From: an uncultured SAR116 cluster alpha proteobacterium
GTDB lineage: Bacteria; Pseudomonadota; Alphaproteobacteria; Puniceispirillales; Marisalimonadaceae
Assembly (NCBI GenBank): GCA_902625215.1
Contig: CACOAO010000009.1
Span: 4,051 to 68,050, forward strand
DNA: 64,000 nt
Direction: 5' to 3'
Shown here: piece by piece, positions 31,230 through 42,440 of the stretch
How the letters are laid out: every line of letters begins with the position of its first letter
Position numbering within the stretch: position 1 is the stretch's first letter
Position numbers and translations under genes: made by a program
Notes under the pieces: generated by a model
Told to the model about the DNA's origin: nothing
Databases searched by the model: none
What the model saw: only the letters and a program-made list of their open reading frames with translations

Positions 31230-32114
31230 TTGCCAAATAAGAAAGTTGTTCATATATATAATATAATACCAATAATTTTTGTAATACTATGGTCTTCAGC
31301 ATTTATAACTAGCAAAATAATTGTTGATAATGCCTCGCCTTTTCTTTCGCTTTCAATAAGATTTGGAATGGTTGCCTTCTTATTTTTTCTATTTTTCATT
31401 TTTTTTTCAAAAGATAAGTATATTTCTTTAAAGGCTTTTAAAGATGCATCCATAAGCGGGTTATTATTTCATGGAGTATATTTAGGTGGAGTTTTTTTTG
31501 CTTTGTCTAGAGGTATGTCAGCTACTCTTATAGCACTGATAGTCTCATTACAACCTATTCTAACATCTATCTTAGCAAAAATTTATTTGAATGAAACTCT
31601 AACTAAATTTCAGTGGATAGGTATCCTTTTAGGATTTAGTGGTGCAACTATAATCTTAATTTCTGACCTAATTGATGGACTAACTGTAGCTGCATTTTTT
31701 GCTGGAATAATTGGACTAATTTCTTCTTCACTAGGTATTATCTGGCAAAAAAAAATAGGGTCTGATTTATCTCTTTCTGCAAATAATTTTATACAAGCAT
31801 TAAGTGCTTCGATTTTTCATCTTCTATTAGCGCTTTGTTTTGAAAAAATGTTTATGAATTTTACAAATGATTTTATTCTTGCAATGTCATGGCAAATATT
31901 TGCTGTTTCACTTGGTGCATTTTTAATTTTGATGTGGTTGCTATTGAAAAATAAAGCAAATGAAACATCTACTTTATTTTTTTTAGTACCTCCTATTTCC
32001 GCTTTACTTGCTTTTTTAATATTAGAGGAAACATTCACTTCTTTTGACTTCTTCGGTTTGTTTATTTCTTGTCTTGGAGTGTTTATGGTTTCAAAAAACC
32101 AAATTAAAATTTGA
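31230..32114 (+). CDS. DMT/EamA family transporter
   Basis: FVILWSSAF, LQPILT and FFLVPP; about 10 TM segments. Confidence 0.87.
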   Translation: MPNKKVVHIYNIIPIIFVILWSSAFITSKIIVDNASPFLSLSIRFGMVAFLFFLFFIFFSKDKYISLKAFKDASISGLLFHGVYLGGVFFALSRGMSATLIALIVSLQPILTSILAKIYLNETLTKFQWIGILLGFSGATIILISDLIDGLTVAAFFAGIIGLISSSLGIIWQKKIGSDLSLSANNFIQALSASIFHLLLALCFEKMFMNFTNDFILAMSWQIFAVSLGAFLILMWLLLKNKANETSTLFFLVPPISALLAFLILEETFTSFDFFGLFISCLGVFMVSKNQIKI

Positions 32115-32127
32115 AAAATTTACACTA

Positions 32128-32156
32128 TTGTCTTTATTAACAAACATTGTTAACAT
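32128..32156 (+). promoter_or_regulatory. Putative sigma70 promoter of the riboswitch-dadA transcript
   Basis: TTGTCT-N17-TAACAT with extended -10 TG, ending just before the riboswitch. Confidence 0.55.
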
Positions 32157-32160
32157 TAAC

Positions 32161-32335
32161 TATCAAAGTCTTTTTATGTGAGAGAGTTATTTATAACCGC
32201 CGAAGGAGCAACCACCCCGGAAACTCTCAGGCACCTGAAACATAAAAAGTTGATAATCTGGAGAGTGATGATTTTTCATCCACCGAAGGGGTAAGCCATT
32301 TTTGGTCAGTCTTTCAGGTTCCGTGACAGATGGGG
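32161..32335 (+). ncRNA. Tandem glycine riboswitch (two aptamers)
   Basis: Aptamer 1 (32170-32249): P1 CTTTTTATGT/ACATAAAAAG, GAGAG, CGCCGAAGGAGCAA, GGAAACTCTCAGGC. Aptamer 2 (about 32256-32335): TCTGGAGAG, CACCGAAGGGGTAA, CTTTCAGGT, GACAGA. Possible leader-linker pairing TATCAA/TTGATA. Confidence 0.93.
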
Positions 32336-32375
32336 TGTTGTAAAATTTACGAAAAACTTTGTCACGGAGTTTATT

Positions 32376-33608
32376 ATGAAAAATATTGCAATTATAGGAG
32401 CAGGTATAACTGGGGTTACAACTGCTTATCAACTTTTAGAAAGAGGTTACACAGTATCAGTTTTTGATAAAAACCGTTATGCTGCTATGGAAACGAGTTT
32501 CGCAAATGGTGGTCAATTATCTGCTTGTAATGCTGAAGTTTGGAATAATTGGTCAACAATAGGCAAAGGCATCCAATGGATGTTAAAAAAAGATGCACCA
32601 TTGTTATTCAGTCCTAAACTAAACTTTCATAAACTTAGCTGGATAATAGATTTCATAAGTAATATCCCAGATCACAAAAAAAATACAATTTTAACTGCTA
32701 AAATGGCTATTAATAGTAGAGATGAATTCAAAAGAATTTTAAAAAAAGAAAATATTGAATTAGATCTTGAAGAAAAGGGTATAATGCATCTATGTGAATG
32801 TGAAGCTTCATTAGAACACGGTAGAGAGGTTAATAAATGGCTTTTGGAAGCCGGATTGGATAGAAGAGAAATTTCTAAAGATGAAATGTTATCAATTGAA
32901 CCAACTTTGAACCTTAAAAATTTTATTGGTGGATTTTATACAAAAAGCGACATGTCTGGAGATATACATAAATTTACAAAATTGCTTGCTGAAGCGTGTG
33001 AAAAAAAAGGTGTAAAATTCTTTTATGAAACAGAAATTGTTAAAATCAATCATGACAATAAACAACCAATACTTACCTTTAATCAATCAGATCAAATTCA
33101 GAAACAAAATTATGACGGAATCGTAGTTTGTGCTGGTGTTAACAGTAAATTTATAGCAGATAAGTTAGGTGATAAAGTCAATATATATCCTGTTAAAGGT
33201 TATTCTATTACAATATTATTGAACGATAAAGAAAGCATGAAAAATGCTCCTTATGTTTCTTTACTAGATGACAAAGCAAAAATTGTATCAAGTAGGTTAG
33301 GAAAAAGCAGATTTAGAGTTGCTGGTACTGCTGAGTTTAATGGTTATAATAAAGACATTAGAGCTGATAGGATTAATCCACTTATTAAATGGTGTAACAA
33401 ACTTTTTCCTAATGTATCTACTGAACATGCAATTCCATGGGCCGGCTTAAGACCTATGACACCAAGTATGGTACCAAAAGTAGGAAGTGGCAAATTGCCT
33501 GGTGTATTTTACAATACTGGCCACGGTCACCTTGGATGGACACTTAGCGCATTTACCTCCCAACAAATTTCAGACCATATAATGAGAAAGGATAATATAC
33601 TAAACTAA
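32376..33608 (+). CDS. dadA: D-amino acid dehydrogenase (DadA family flavoprotein)
   Basis: IIGAGITG, ETSFANGGQLS, YPVKGYS, WAGLRPMTP and NTGHGHLGWT. Confidence 0.9.
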   Translation: MKNIAIIGAGITGVTTAYQLLERGYTVSVFDKNRYAAMETSFANGGQLSACNAEVWNNWSTIGKGIQWMLKKDAPLLFSPKLNFHKLSWIIDFISNIPDHKKNTILTAKMAINSRDEFKRILKKENIELDLEEKGIMHLCECEASLEHGREVNKWLLEAGLDRREISKDEMLSIEPTLNLKNFIGGFYTKSDMSGDIHKFTKLLAEACEKKGVKFFYETEIVKINHDNKQPILTFNQSDQIQKQNYDGIVVCAGVNSKFIADKLGDKVNIYPVKGYSITILLNDKESMKNAPYVSLLDDKAKIVSSRLGKSRFRVAGTAEFNGYNKDIRADRINPLIKWCNKLFPNVSTEHAIPWAGLRPMTPSMVPKVGSGKLPGVFYNTGHGHLGWTLSAFTSQQISDHIMRKDNILN

Positions 33609-33610
33609 TT

Positions 33611-36040
<2,430 letters not shown>

Positions 36041-37264
36041 TTAAATATCTCCATATTTAAAGTGATAGTTACCATCAAAATTCTCTTTGATCTCTTGAAG
36101 ATTTATTTTATCAATAAAACTTGGATAATCTGAGAATGCGTCCTTGCTAGTGCTTGTGAACCATGATTGAGCATTATGTCTAGACACTTCTAAAAATAAC
36201 GCTAATCTATGCTTTCTATCTAAATGCTCAATAATGTCATCTAGTAATAATATTGGGGCCATGTTGAACTTGTCATTTAGCAATCTAGCATGAGACAAAA
36301 TGATTGATATTAAGATAAGTTTTTGTTCTCCAGTAGAAGAAGTGTCTATGCTTTTATTATCAATTCTATTAAAAACTTCTATTACAGAGTTATTTGGTCC
36401 AGGAACATCTAACTCATAATCACATCGTGATTTTTTTAATTCTGACTTGATATAATCTTCAACTTCTACAGCAGGTTTTTCATTTAGTAATTTTTCTATC
36501 TTCCCATTAATTTTGATGTGAACAGAGGGAAAATTATCAGTTAAATGATTATTTTTTAATTCAATATTGTATAAGTTTTCAAGTTCTTCTAATAAATCCA
36601 ATCTTCTAGCAATAACGGCAATTGATAGTTCAGCAATTTGAGTTTCAATAGTATCCAGCCATATCTTATCACTATAAGGTTGCATTAAAATTTTATTTCT
36701 TTGTCTAAACAATTTATCGTATTTATATACTCTATTCAAATGTAAGCTATCTATAGATAGAGTCAGTCTATCTATAAAACGTCTTTTTTCGCTCATACTT
36801 GATAAAATCAAGACACAAAGTTGAGGCGTAATCCACGATATATTTAAAATTTCTCCTAAAGAACTCAATGGAATATAATCTAAATTAACTTTAGCAATTC
36901 TTGATTTATTATATTTAGTTTTTTTCAAACCTGTACCAATATTTATTTTACCATTTGGGCCAACAAAATCAGCGTTTATACCCCAGGTTTTATTTTCATC
37001 GTTTAAAATATTTTCATCATTCAAATAATTTTCTATATTTGCTTTTCTTAGGCCTTTCCCTTGGTTTAATAAAGAAATTGCTTCTAATACATTTGTTTTA
37101 CCACAACCATTCCCACCATAAATTAATATAGAAGAGTTTTTTAAATTAAAATTAAGATTTTTATGATTTCTGAAATTTTTTAAACTTAATTTTTTAATAA
37201 AGAAAGTCTTGGTATCTTTCATTTTTAAAAAATTGTCTTCAAAACTTAAAATATTATTGCTCAT
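36041..37264 (-). CDS. recF: DNA replication/repair protein RecF
   Basis: NFRN, GGNGCGKTNVLEA, STGEQK and LLLDD; lies between dnaN and gyrB. Confidence 0.92.
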   Translation of the reverse strand: MSNNILSFEDNFLKMKDTKTFFIKKLSLKNFRNHKNLNFNLKNSSILIYGGNGCGKTNVLEAISLLNQGKGLRKANIENYLNDENILNDENKTWGINADFVGPNGKINIGTGLKKTKYNKSRIAKVNLDYIPLSSLGEILNISWITPQLCVLILSSMSEKRRFIDRLTLSIDSLHLNRVYKYDKLFRQRNKILMQPYSDKIWLDTIETQIAELSIAVIARRLDLLEELENLYNIELKNNHLTDNFPSVHIKINGKIEKLLNEKPAVEVEDYIKSELKKSRCDYELDVPGPNNSVIEVFNRIDNKSIDTSSTGEQKLILISIILSHARLLNDKFNMAPILLLDDIIEHLDRKHRLALFLEVSRHNAQSWFTSTSKDAFSDYPSFIDKINLQEIKENFDGNYHFKYGDI

Positions 37265-37301
37265 TTTTCTCCTAGATTTCTTGATTAAATCTGATAGAAA
37301 A

Positions 37302-38411
37302 TCAAACTCTCATCGGCATTAGAACAAAAATTACACCATCTTGATCAGGATCCGTAATTAATGCTGGTGATGAGGCGTCTGACAATAAAATTTCAATTTC
37401 TTTACCCTTTATTTGAGATGCTATGTCTAAAAGATATTTTGAATTAAATCCAATTTCTAAATTATCGTAATTATAGTCTATTTCTAAATCTTCTGATGCA
37501 TTTCCAAGGTCGTGGCTATTAACGTTCAAAGATAAAAGTTTATTGCTTAAAGAGAGTTTAACTGCTCTTGATTTTTCGATTGAAACTGTAGAAACCCTGT
37601 CAATTGCTTTTGAAAATTCTAGATTTGAAACGACCAATTTGTTCAAATTTTCTTTAGGAATGACCCTTTGATAATCCGGGAAAGAACCGTCAATCAATTT
37701 TGTTGTTAAAATTGTATTCGGAAAAATAAATTGAGCCTTACTATTTGAAATAATAATTTTAATTTTTCCATCAGTTCCATCAGTAAGCTTTCTAATCTCT
37801 CCTACAGCTTTTCTAGGTAAAATTATTCCTTGCATACCTGAAGCACCTTCTGGAAGAGGTATTTCAGCTTGGGCCAATCTGTGACCATCAGTTGCGACAG
37901 CTCGAAGTTTTTCATTATTGGAATGAGAAACATGTAAAAAAATACCATTTAAGTAATATCTCGTTTCCTCTAATGAAATAGCAAATTTCGTATTGTCAAT
38001 CAAATTGGCTAGATCTATTGACTGAAGACTAAATTCATGACCTTTTTCAATATTTGACATAATAGGATAATCATCTACTGGTAAAGTCGGTAGAATAAAT
38101 TTAGATTTACCAGCAGAAACTTCAACATTTAAATCATTAAGCTCAATTTTAATTTCAGAACCATCTGGAAGTTTTCTTACAATATCGTGTAATGTATGAG
38201 CTACTAAAGTAACTTTCCCCTGTCTAGAAACTATGCAACCTACTTCTTCTACTATATCCATATCCATATCTGTAGCAGTAAACGATACTTTTGATGAATT
38301 AGTTTCTATTAATACATTGGATAAAATTGGTATGGTGTTTCTTCTTTCTACCACTGAATAAATGTGTCCAAGTGGTTTCAAAAGAGCATTTCTATCAATT
38401 GTAAAATTCAT
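37302..38411 (-). CDS. dnaN: DNA polymerase III beta clamp
   Basis: RRNTIPILSN, ATDGHRL, FPDYQRVIP and C-terminal LMPMRV. Confidence 0.98.
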   Translation of the reverse strand: MNFTIDRNALLKPLGHIYSVVERRNTIPILSNVLIETNSSKVSFTATDMDMDIVEEVGCIVSRQGKVTLVAHTLHDIVRKLPDGSEIKIELNDLNVEVSAGKSKFILPTLPVDDYPIMSNIEKGHEFSLQSIDLANLIDNTKFAISLEETRYYLNGIFLHVSHSNNEKLRAVATDGHRLAQAEIPLPEGASGMQGIILPRKAVGEIRKLTDGTDGKIKIIISNSKAQFIFPNTILTTKLIDGSFPDYQRVIPKENLNKLVVSNLEFSKAIDRVSTVSIEKSRAVKLSLSNKLLSLNVNSHDLGNASEDLEIDYNYDNLEIGFNSKYLLDIASQIKGKEIEILLSDASSPALITDPDQDGVIFVLMPMRV

Positions 38412-38454
38412 ATTCGGGCCTCAACTGCTGTCTGATATAAGATATATGATATAA

Positions 38455-38484
38455 ATCATAACATGTTTAAAGTTATTTCAGCAA
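38455..38484 (-). promoter_or_regulatory. Putative sigma70 promoter of dnaN
   Basis: Minus strand TTGCTG-N18-TATGAT with extended -10 TG. Confidence 0.45.
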
Positions 38485-38527
38485 GCAATTACAGCCAAGA
38501 AATTTGAAAGTTATAATGCTTAATTTA

Positions 38528-39964
38528 TTAGGAAATAATTGATTCTTTTAAATCTTTGATTTGTTTCTTTATTCTTTGATCAATATTAAATAAAAGCTCA
38601 ATTTTTTTTACAGCATGTATTACCGTAGTGTGGTCTTTCCCCCCAAAAGCTTTTCCAATTTCAGGATACGAAAAACTCGTTAAATTTTTGCAAAGATACA
38701 TAGCTATTTGTCTAGGTCTTGCAACATTAATAGATCTTCTAGATGAGCACATATCACTTTGTAAAAGATTATAATAAGATGAAACTTGTTTCTGTATCTC
38801 ATATATAGAAATAGTCTTTTCACGTGCAGTAATAAGGTCGGATAATAAGTCTATGGTATGCTCTAAACAAATTTTTTTTCCTGTTAATTCGTAATTTGCC
38901 AATATACGATTTAATGCACCTTCTAATTCTCTAATGCTGTTTGTAATTTTACCTGCTAAAAATTCAAGAACATTTTGTGAGATATTGAGATTTAGTGTTT
39001 CTACTTTCTTATTAAGTATATTTAATCTTAATTCATAATTAGTAGGAAAAAATTCTACAACTAGACCGCCTGCTAATCTAGATTTGAGCCTTTCATCCAA
39101 AGTTAACAGTTCAACTGGAGATTTGTTAGATGATATGATTATTTGCTTACCTTCGCTTATTAAATCATTAAATGTGTAAAAAAATTCTTCCTGAGTAGAT
39201 CCCTTTCCACCTATAAACTGAATATCATCAATCATTAGAATGTCGATTGATCGAAATTGATCCTTAAATTTTATTGTCTCTTTTAATTTTATAGCTTTTA
39301 TAAATTGATACATAAACCTTTCAGCAGACATCATTACTATTTTTAGGTCTGGAAAATTTAATTTTAAATCTATTACCATGGCGTTCAAAAGATGTGTTTT
39401 TCCCATTCCCACGTTACCGTGTATGAATAAAGGGTTGTAAGTCAAAGATTTTTTTTCAGATATACTTTTAGAGGCTGCATATGGCATACGATTTGATTCG
39501 CCAACAACAAAATTGTCAAATGTAAACTTAGAGTTAATTTTCATTGATACACTATCAATAAATGAAAGATCATTGTATGTTTGGTGTTTTTTATCTTTAA
39601 GATTATTGAAATCTTTTAATAAAGAAGTTTTTTCTTCCTTTTTAAAATTAACTATAAAAAATTTTATTTTTTTTAGATCTCTAAAGAGCAAAGAAGCTTG
39701 TAAAAATATATTTTCATAGTATTGAGTTTCAGCTCTATGAGCAATTATTTTTGATTCTGTTGAAAGGTATAGTATCCCATTTTCATATTTTTCGAATTTA
39801 AGTGGTTTAATCCACGCTTTCCAGAAAATATCTTTTATATTTTTTGAAATAGAGATTTTAATTTCTTCCCATTTATTTTTTTGAAAACTAAATTGTTTAC
39901 TAGATATGACTGAATTTTGTTCATTGTCATCTTCCAATTTGTGGTTAATCTCAATTTCAGACAC
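38528..39964 (-). CDS. dnaA: Chromosomal replication initiator DnaA
   Basis: YNPLFIHGNVGMGKTHL, IDDIQF, RELEGAL, RQIAMYL and KDHTTV; GTG start. Confidence 0.97.
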   Translation of the reverse strand: MSEIEINHKLEDDNEQNSVISSKQFSFQKNKWEEIKISISKNIKDIFWKAWIKPLKFEKYENGILYLSTESKIIAHRAETQYYENIFLQASLLFRDLKKIKFFIVNFKKEEKTSLLKDFNNLKDKKHQTYNDLSFIDSVSMKINSKFTFDNFVVGESNRMPYAASKSISEKKSLTYNPLFIHGNVGMGKTHLLNAMVIDLKLNFPDLKIVMMSAERFMYQFIKAIKLKETIKFKDQFRSIDILMIDDIQFIGGKGSTQEEFFYTFNDLISEGKQIIISSNKSPVELLTLDERLKSRLAGGLVVEFFPTNYELRLNILNKKVETLNLNISQNVLEFLAGKITNSIRELEGALNRILANYELTGKKICLEHTIDLLSDLITAREKTISIYEIQKQVSSYYNLLQSDMCSSRRSINVARPRQIAMYLCKNLTSFSYPEIGKAFGGKDHTTVIHAVKKIELLFNIDQRIKKQIKDLKESIIS

Positions 39965-40245
39965 TTGTTCAAAATCCTATTTATAAAAAATAAATAAATG
40001 GCTAATTATTATTAATGTGAATTATTTTAAAATATATATTTCTAAAATCTATTCGCAAGAATTGAACCTGTAATAAAATAAAAAAATTTATTGATTTTTT
40101 ATAATCTATAAAAAACCTAAATAAAACAGAGCACTAAATTTTTTATTAATTTTAAAATTAATTAACAAGATTAAATAAATTTAATTTTAAAAATATGTTA
40201 TACTTAATAAAGATATCTAATATTTAATAATACATCATTGAATTT

Positions 40246-40273
40246 ATTATGATTCTCTTTGACTGTGTGTCTA
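40246..40273 (-). promoter_or_regulatory. Candidate distal dnaA promoter with an overlapping GANTC site
   Basis: Minus strand TAGACA-N16-CATAAT; GANTC at 40251-40255 abuts the -10. Confidence 0.4.
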
Positions 40274-40380
40274 TTTCTATATGAATATTTGATCTCAAAA
40301 AAACTAGAATTGAAAAGCTTTTTTTTTAAATTTTTAATTTAATTTTTTTAGTAATAAAGCGAATCGTTGAGTCGTTTATT

Positions 40381-40404
40381 AAAAAAGAGGCTAGTGCCTC
40401 TTTT
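40381..40404 (-). terminator. Intrinsic terminator of rpsT
   Basis: Minus strand AAAAGAGGC-ACTA-GCCTCTTTTTT. Confidence 0.85.
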
Positions 40405-40430
40405 AATTAAATCTCTAACAAATTTTAAAT

Positions 40431-40694
40431 TTATGCTATTTTTTTTATTCTTGAAGATAGTCTAGATAATTTTCTTGAAATTGTATTTTTATTAAAAACG
40501 CCTTTCGTAACTGACCTATGCATTTCTGGTTGAGCTTCTTTAAATGCTTGTTGAGCTAATTTTTTGTCAGCCTTATCTATTGCAACCTCAACTTTTTTAA
40601 TAAAAGATCTAACTCTATTTTTTCTGACTTTGTTAATAATTTCCATTCTAGCATTTCTTCTAATTCTTTTTTTTGCGGAAGCATGATTAGCCAT
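40431..40694 (-). CDS. rpsT: 30S ribosomal protein S20
   Basis: MANHASAKKRIR...KGVFNKNTISRKLSRL. Confidence 0.97.
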   Translation of the reverse strand: MANHASAKKRIRRNARMEIINKVRKNRVRSFIKKVEVAIDKADKKLAQQAFKEAQPEMHRSVTKGVFNKNTISRKLSRLSSRIKKIA

Positions 40695-40720
40695 TATTAC
40701 ACCTTTTAAAATTTTTATAT

Positions 40721-40749
40721 GAATTAAGTTTTTCTTTATTAATTGTCAA
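40721..40749 (-). promoter_or_regulatory. Putative sigma70 promoter of rpsT
   Basis: Minus strand has a perfect TTGACA, then N17, then TAATTC. Confidence 0.5.
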
Positions 40750-40781
40750 GTTAATAAAATGAATATTTATTTTTTGAAAAA

Positions 40782-41615
40782 CTAAATTTGACAGTAGCTA
40801 CAAAAGTATGTTGATCGTTTACTAATGTTTATTACGGATATCAAATTTTTACATCTATTACAATTTTGTTTGTTCTTTCCATAGACTTGAAGTTTTTGGA
40901 CAAAATATCCAAGGTTTCCGTCTGGTTGCAAGTGATTTCTTATAGACGTTCCTCCAACATTAATTGACTTTTTCAAAATAAATTTTGTAGCTTTTATAAT
41001 AGATTTTAAATGCTCTTTATTCAAACTATTAACACTCCGTAGAGGGTTTATTTTAGCTCTATGTAAAATCTCGCAAGCATAAATATTTCCTATACCTGCA
41101 ATGATACACTGGTCCATTAAGAAATTTTTAACACATTTTGATTTTTTATAAATTTTTTTTTGTAGATAATGGACAGTAAAATCATTATTAAGTGGTTCTA
41201 CGCCTAATTTTTTAAGCAAAAAATGATTTTCAATTTTACTAATATCAAATAAATCAATATACCCAAATCTTCTGGGATCATTGTATATAACAGAAAAATT
41301 TTTGTTATCCTTAGTTTCAATATCTATTTTAACATGATCATGTTTAGATAAATTATATTTTTTAGATATAATCTTTATTGTACCACTCATACCTAAGTGT
41401 ATAAGTAGTATTTGTTCGTTAGAAGTTGGAACTAATATATATTTTCCCCTTCTAAATGGTTTTTTTAAAATTTTTTGTATCAAATCTTTTTCAAGATTTT
41501 CTTTTATATTCCATCTGAGATCTTTTCTAAATAATTCAATATTTCTCACTCTGGAATTATTAGTTATTTTAGATAATGCTAAACATACTGTTTCAACTTC
41601 AGGCAATTCAGGCAT
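40782..41615 (-). CDS. mutM: Formamidopyrimidine-DNA glycosylase
   Basis: MPELPEVET, HLGMSG, DPRRFG, GIGNIY and a C-terminal zinc finger. Confidence 0.96.
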   Translation of the reverse strand: MPELPEVETVCLALSKITNNSRVRNIELFRKDLRWNIKENLEKDLIQKILKKPFRRGKYILVPTSNEQILLIHLGMSGTIKIISKKYNLSKHDHVKIDIETKDNKNFSVIYNDPRRFGYIDLFDISKIENHFLLKKLGVEPLNNDFTVHYLQKKIYKKSKCVKNFLMDQCIIAGIGNIYACEILHRAKINPLRSVNSLNKEHLKSIIKATKFILKKSINVGGTSIRNHLQPDGNLGYFVQKLQVYGKNKQNCNRCKNLISVINISKRSTYFCSYCQI

Positions 41616-41699
41616 TTTTGTCCTTTTTAGTCTATCTTTAAATGAATTTAAAAAGTATATTAGTTTAAGTAAAAATTTAATAAATTGTCTAGGTTTATA

Positions 41700-42440
41700 A
41701 TGTTAAATGATAGTCAAAATAATGTAGACTTTGGTTACAAATCGGTGAAAAAAACCGACAAACAAAAATTGGTTAATAATGTATTCAATTCAGTAGCTCA
41801 AAAGTACGACTTAATGAATGATATTACTAGTTTAGGTATTCATAGAAGATGGAAGAATGATTTAATTTATTGGTTGGCACCTCAAAGGACTCAAAATTTG
41901 GCTGATATTGCAGGAGGAACAGGTGATATTGCTCATAGATTTTTGAATGCAGGTGGTAATTCAGCTCATATTTTCGATATAAATAAAGAAATGATCCTAG
42001 AAGGCAAAAAAAGGTATGGAAATATTAAAAATCTAGATTGGACTATTTCGTGTGCAGAAGATATTCCTGTACCAGATGGTAAATTTGAAAGAGCAACTAT
42101 GAGTTTTGGTTTAAGAAATATTACCGATAGAAAAAAAGCATTAAAAGAGATATTTCGTATTCTTAAGCCAGGTGGAAGATTTATTTGTTTAGAGTTTAGC
42201 CATGTGGAAAATGACATCCTAAAAAAGTTTTATGATCTATGGTCATTTAAAATCATGCCATTAATAGGAGATAAAGTTACTGGCAATAAAGAGGCCTATA
42301 CATATTTAGTAGAATCCATAAGAAAATTTCCAAACCAAGCAGAGCTTTCTCAAATATTCTCTGAAGTTGGGTTCTCAAGAGTGAAATGCAGAAACTTATC
42401 TAACGGTATAGTTGCTCTACATAGTGGTTGGAAAATCTAA
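41700..42440 (+). CDS. ubiE: Ubiquinone/menaquinone C-methyltransferase
   Basis: VFNSVAQKYDLMND, DIAGGTGD, FGLRN and YLVESIRKFP. ATG 41700 preferred over TTG 41685. Confidence 0.95.
   Translation: MLNDSQNNVDFGYKSVKKTDKQKLVNNVFNSVAQKYDLMNDITSLGIHRRWKNDLIYWLAPQRTQNLADIAGGTGDIAHRFLNAGGNSAHIFDINKEMILEGKKRYGNIKNLDWTISCAEDIPVPDGKFERATMSFGLRNITDRKKALKEIFRILKPGGRFICLEFSHVENDILKKFYDLWSFKIMPLIGDKVTGNKEAYTYLVESIRKFPNQAELSQIFSEVGFSRVKCRNLSNGIVALHSGWKI

Noticed and set aside
32187-32432. 81-aa minus-strand ORF in the DMT-dadA gap
   Set aside because: Antisense to the glycine riboswitch and the dadA start; the region is fully explained by the RNA element.
40145-40162. 18-bp palindrome ATTAATTTTAAAATTAAT
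   Set aside because: Pure A/T in an extremely AT-rich tract, so it carries little information.
40224-40238. Mini-ORF MMYY* (minus strand) right after the distal dnaA -10 candidate
   Set aside because: Four codons in about 85% AT DNA is expected by chance; it would need Ribo-seq or conservation support.
39965-40430. oriC next to dnaA
   Set aside because: AT-rich, but I found no DnaA-box cluster or exact CtrA TTAA-N7-TTAA site. Alphaproteobacterial origins are often unlinked from dnaA, and GC skew cannot be assessed here.
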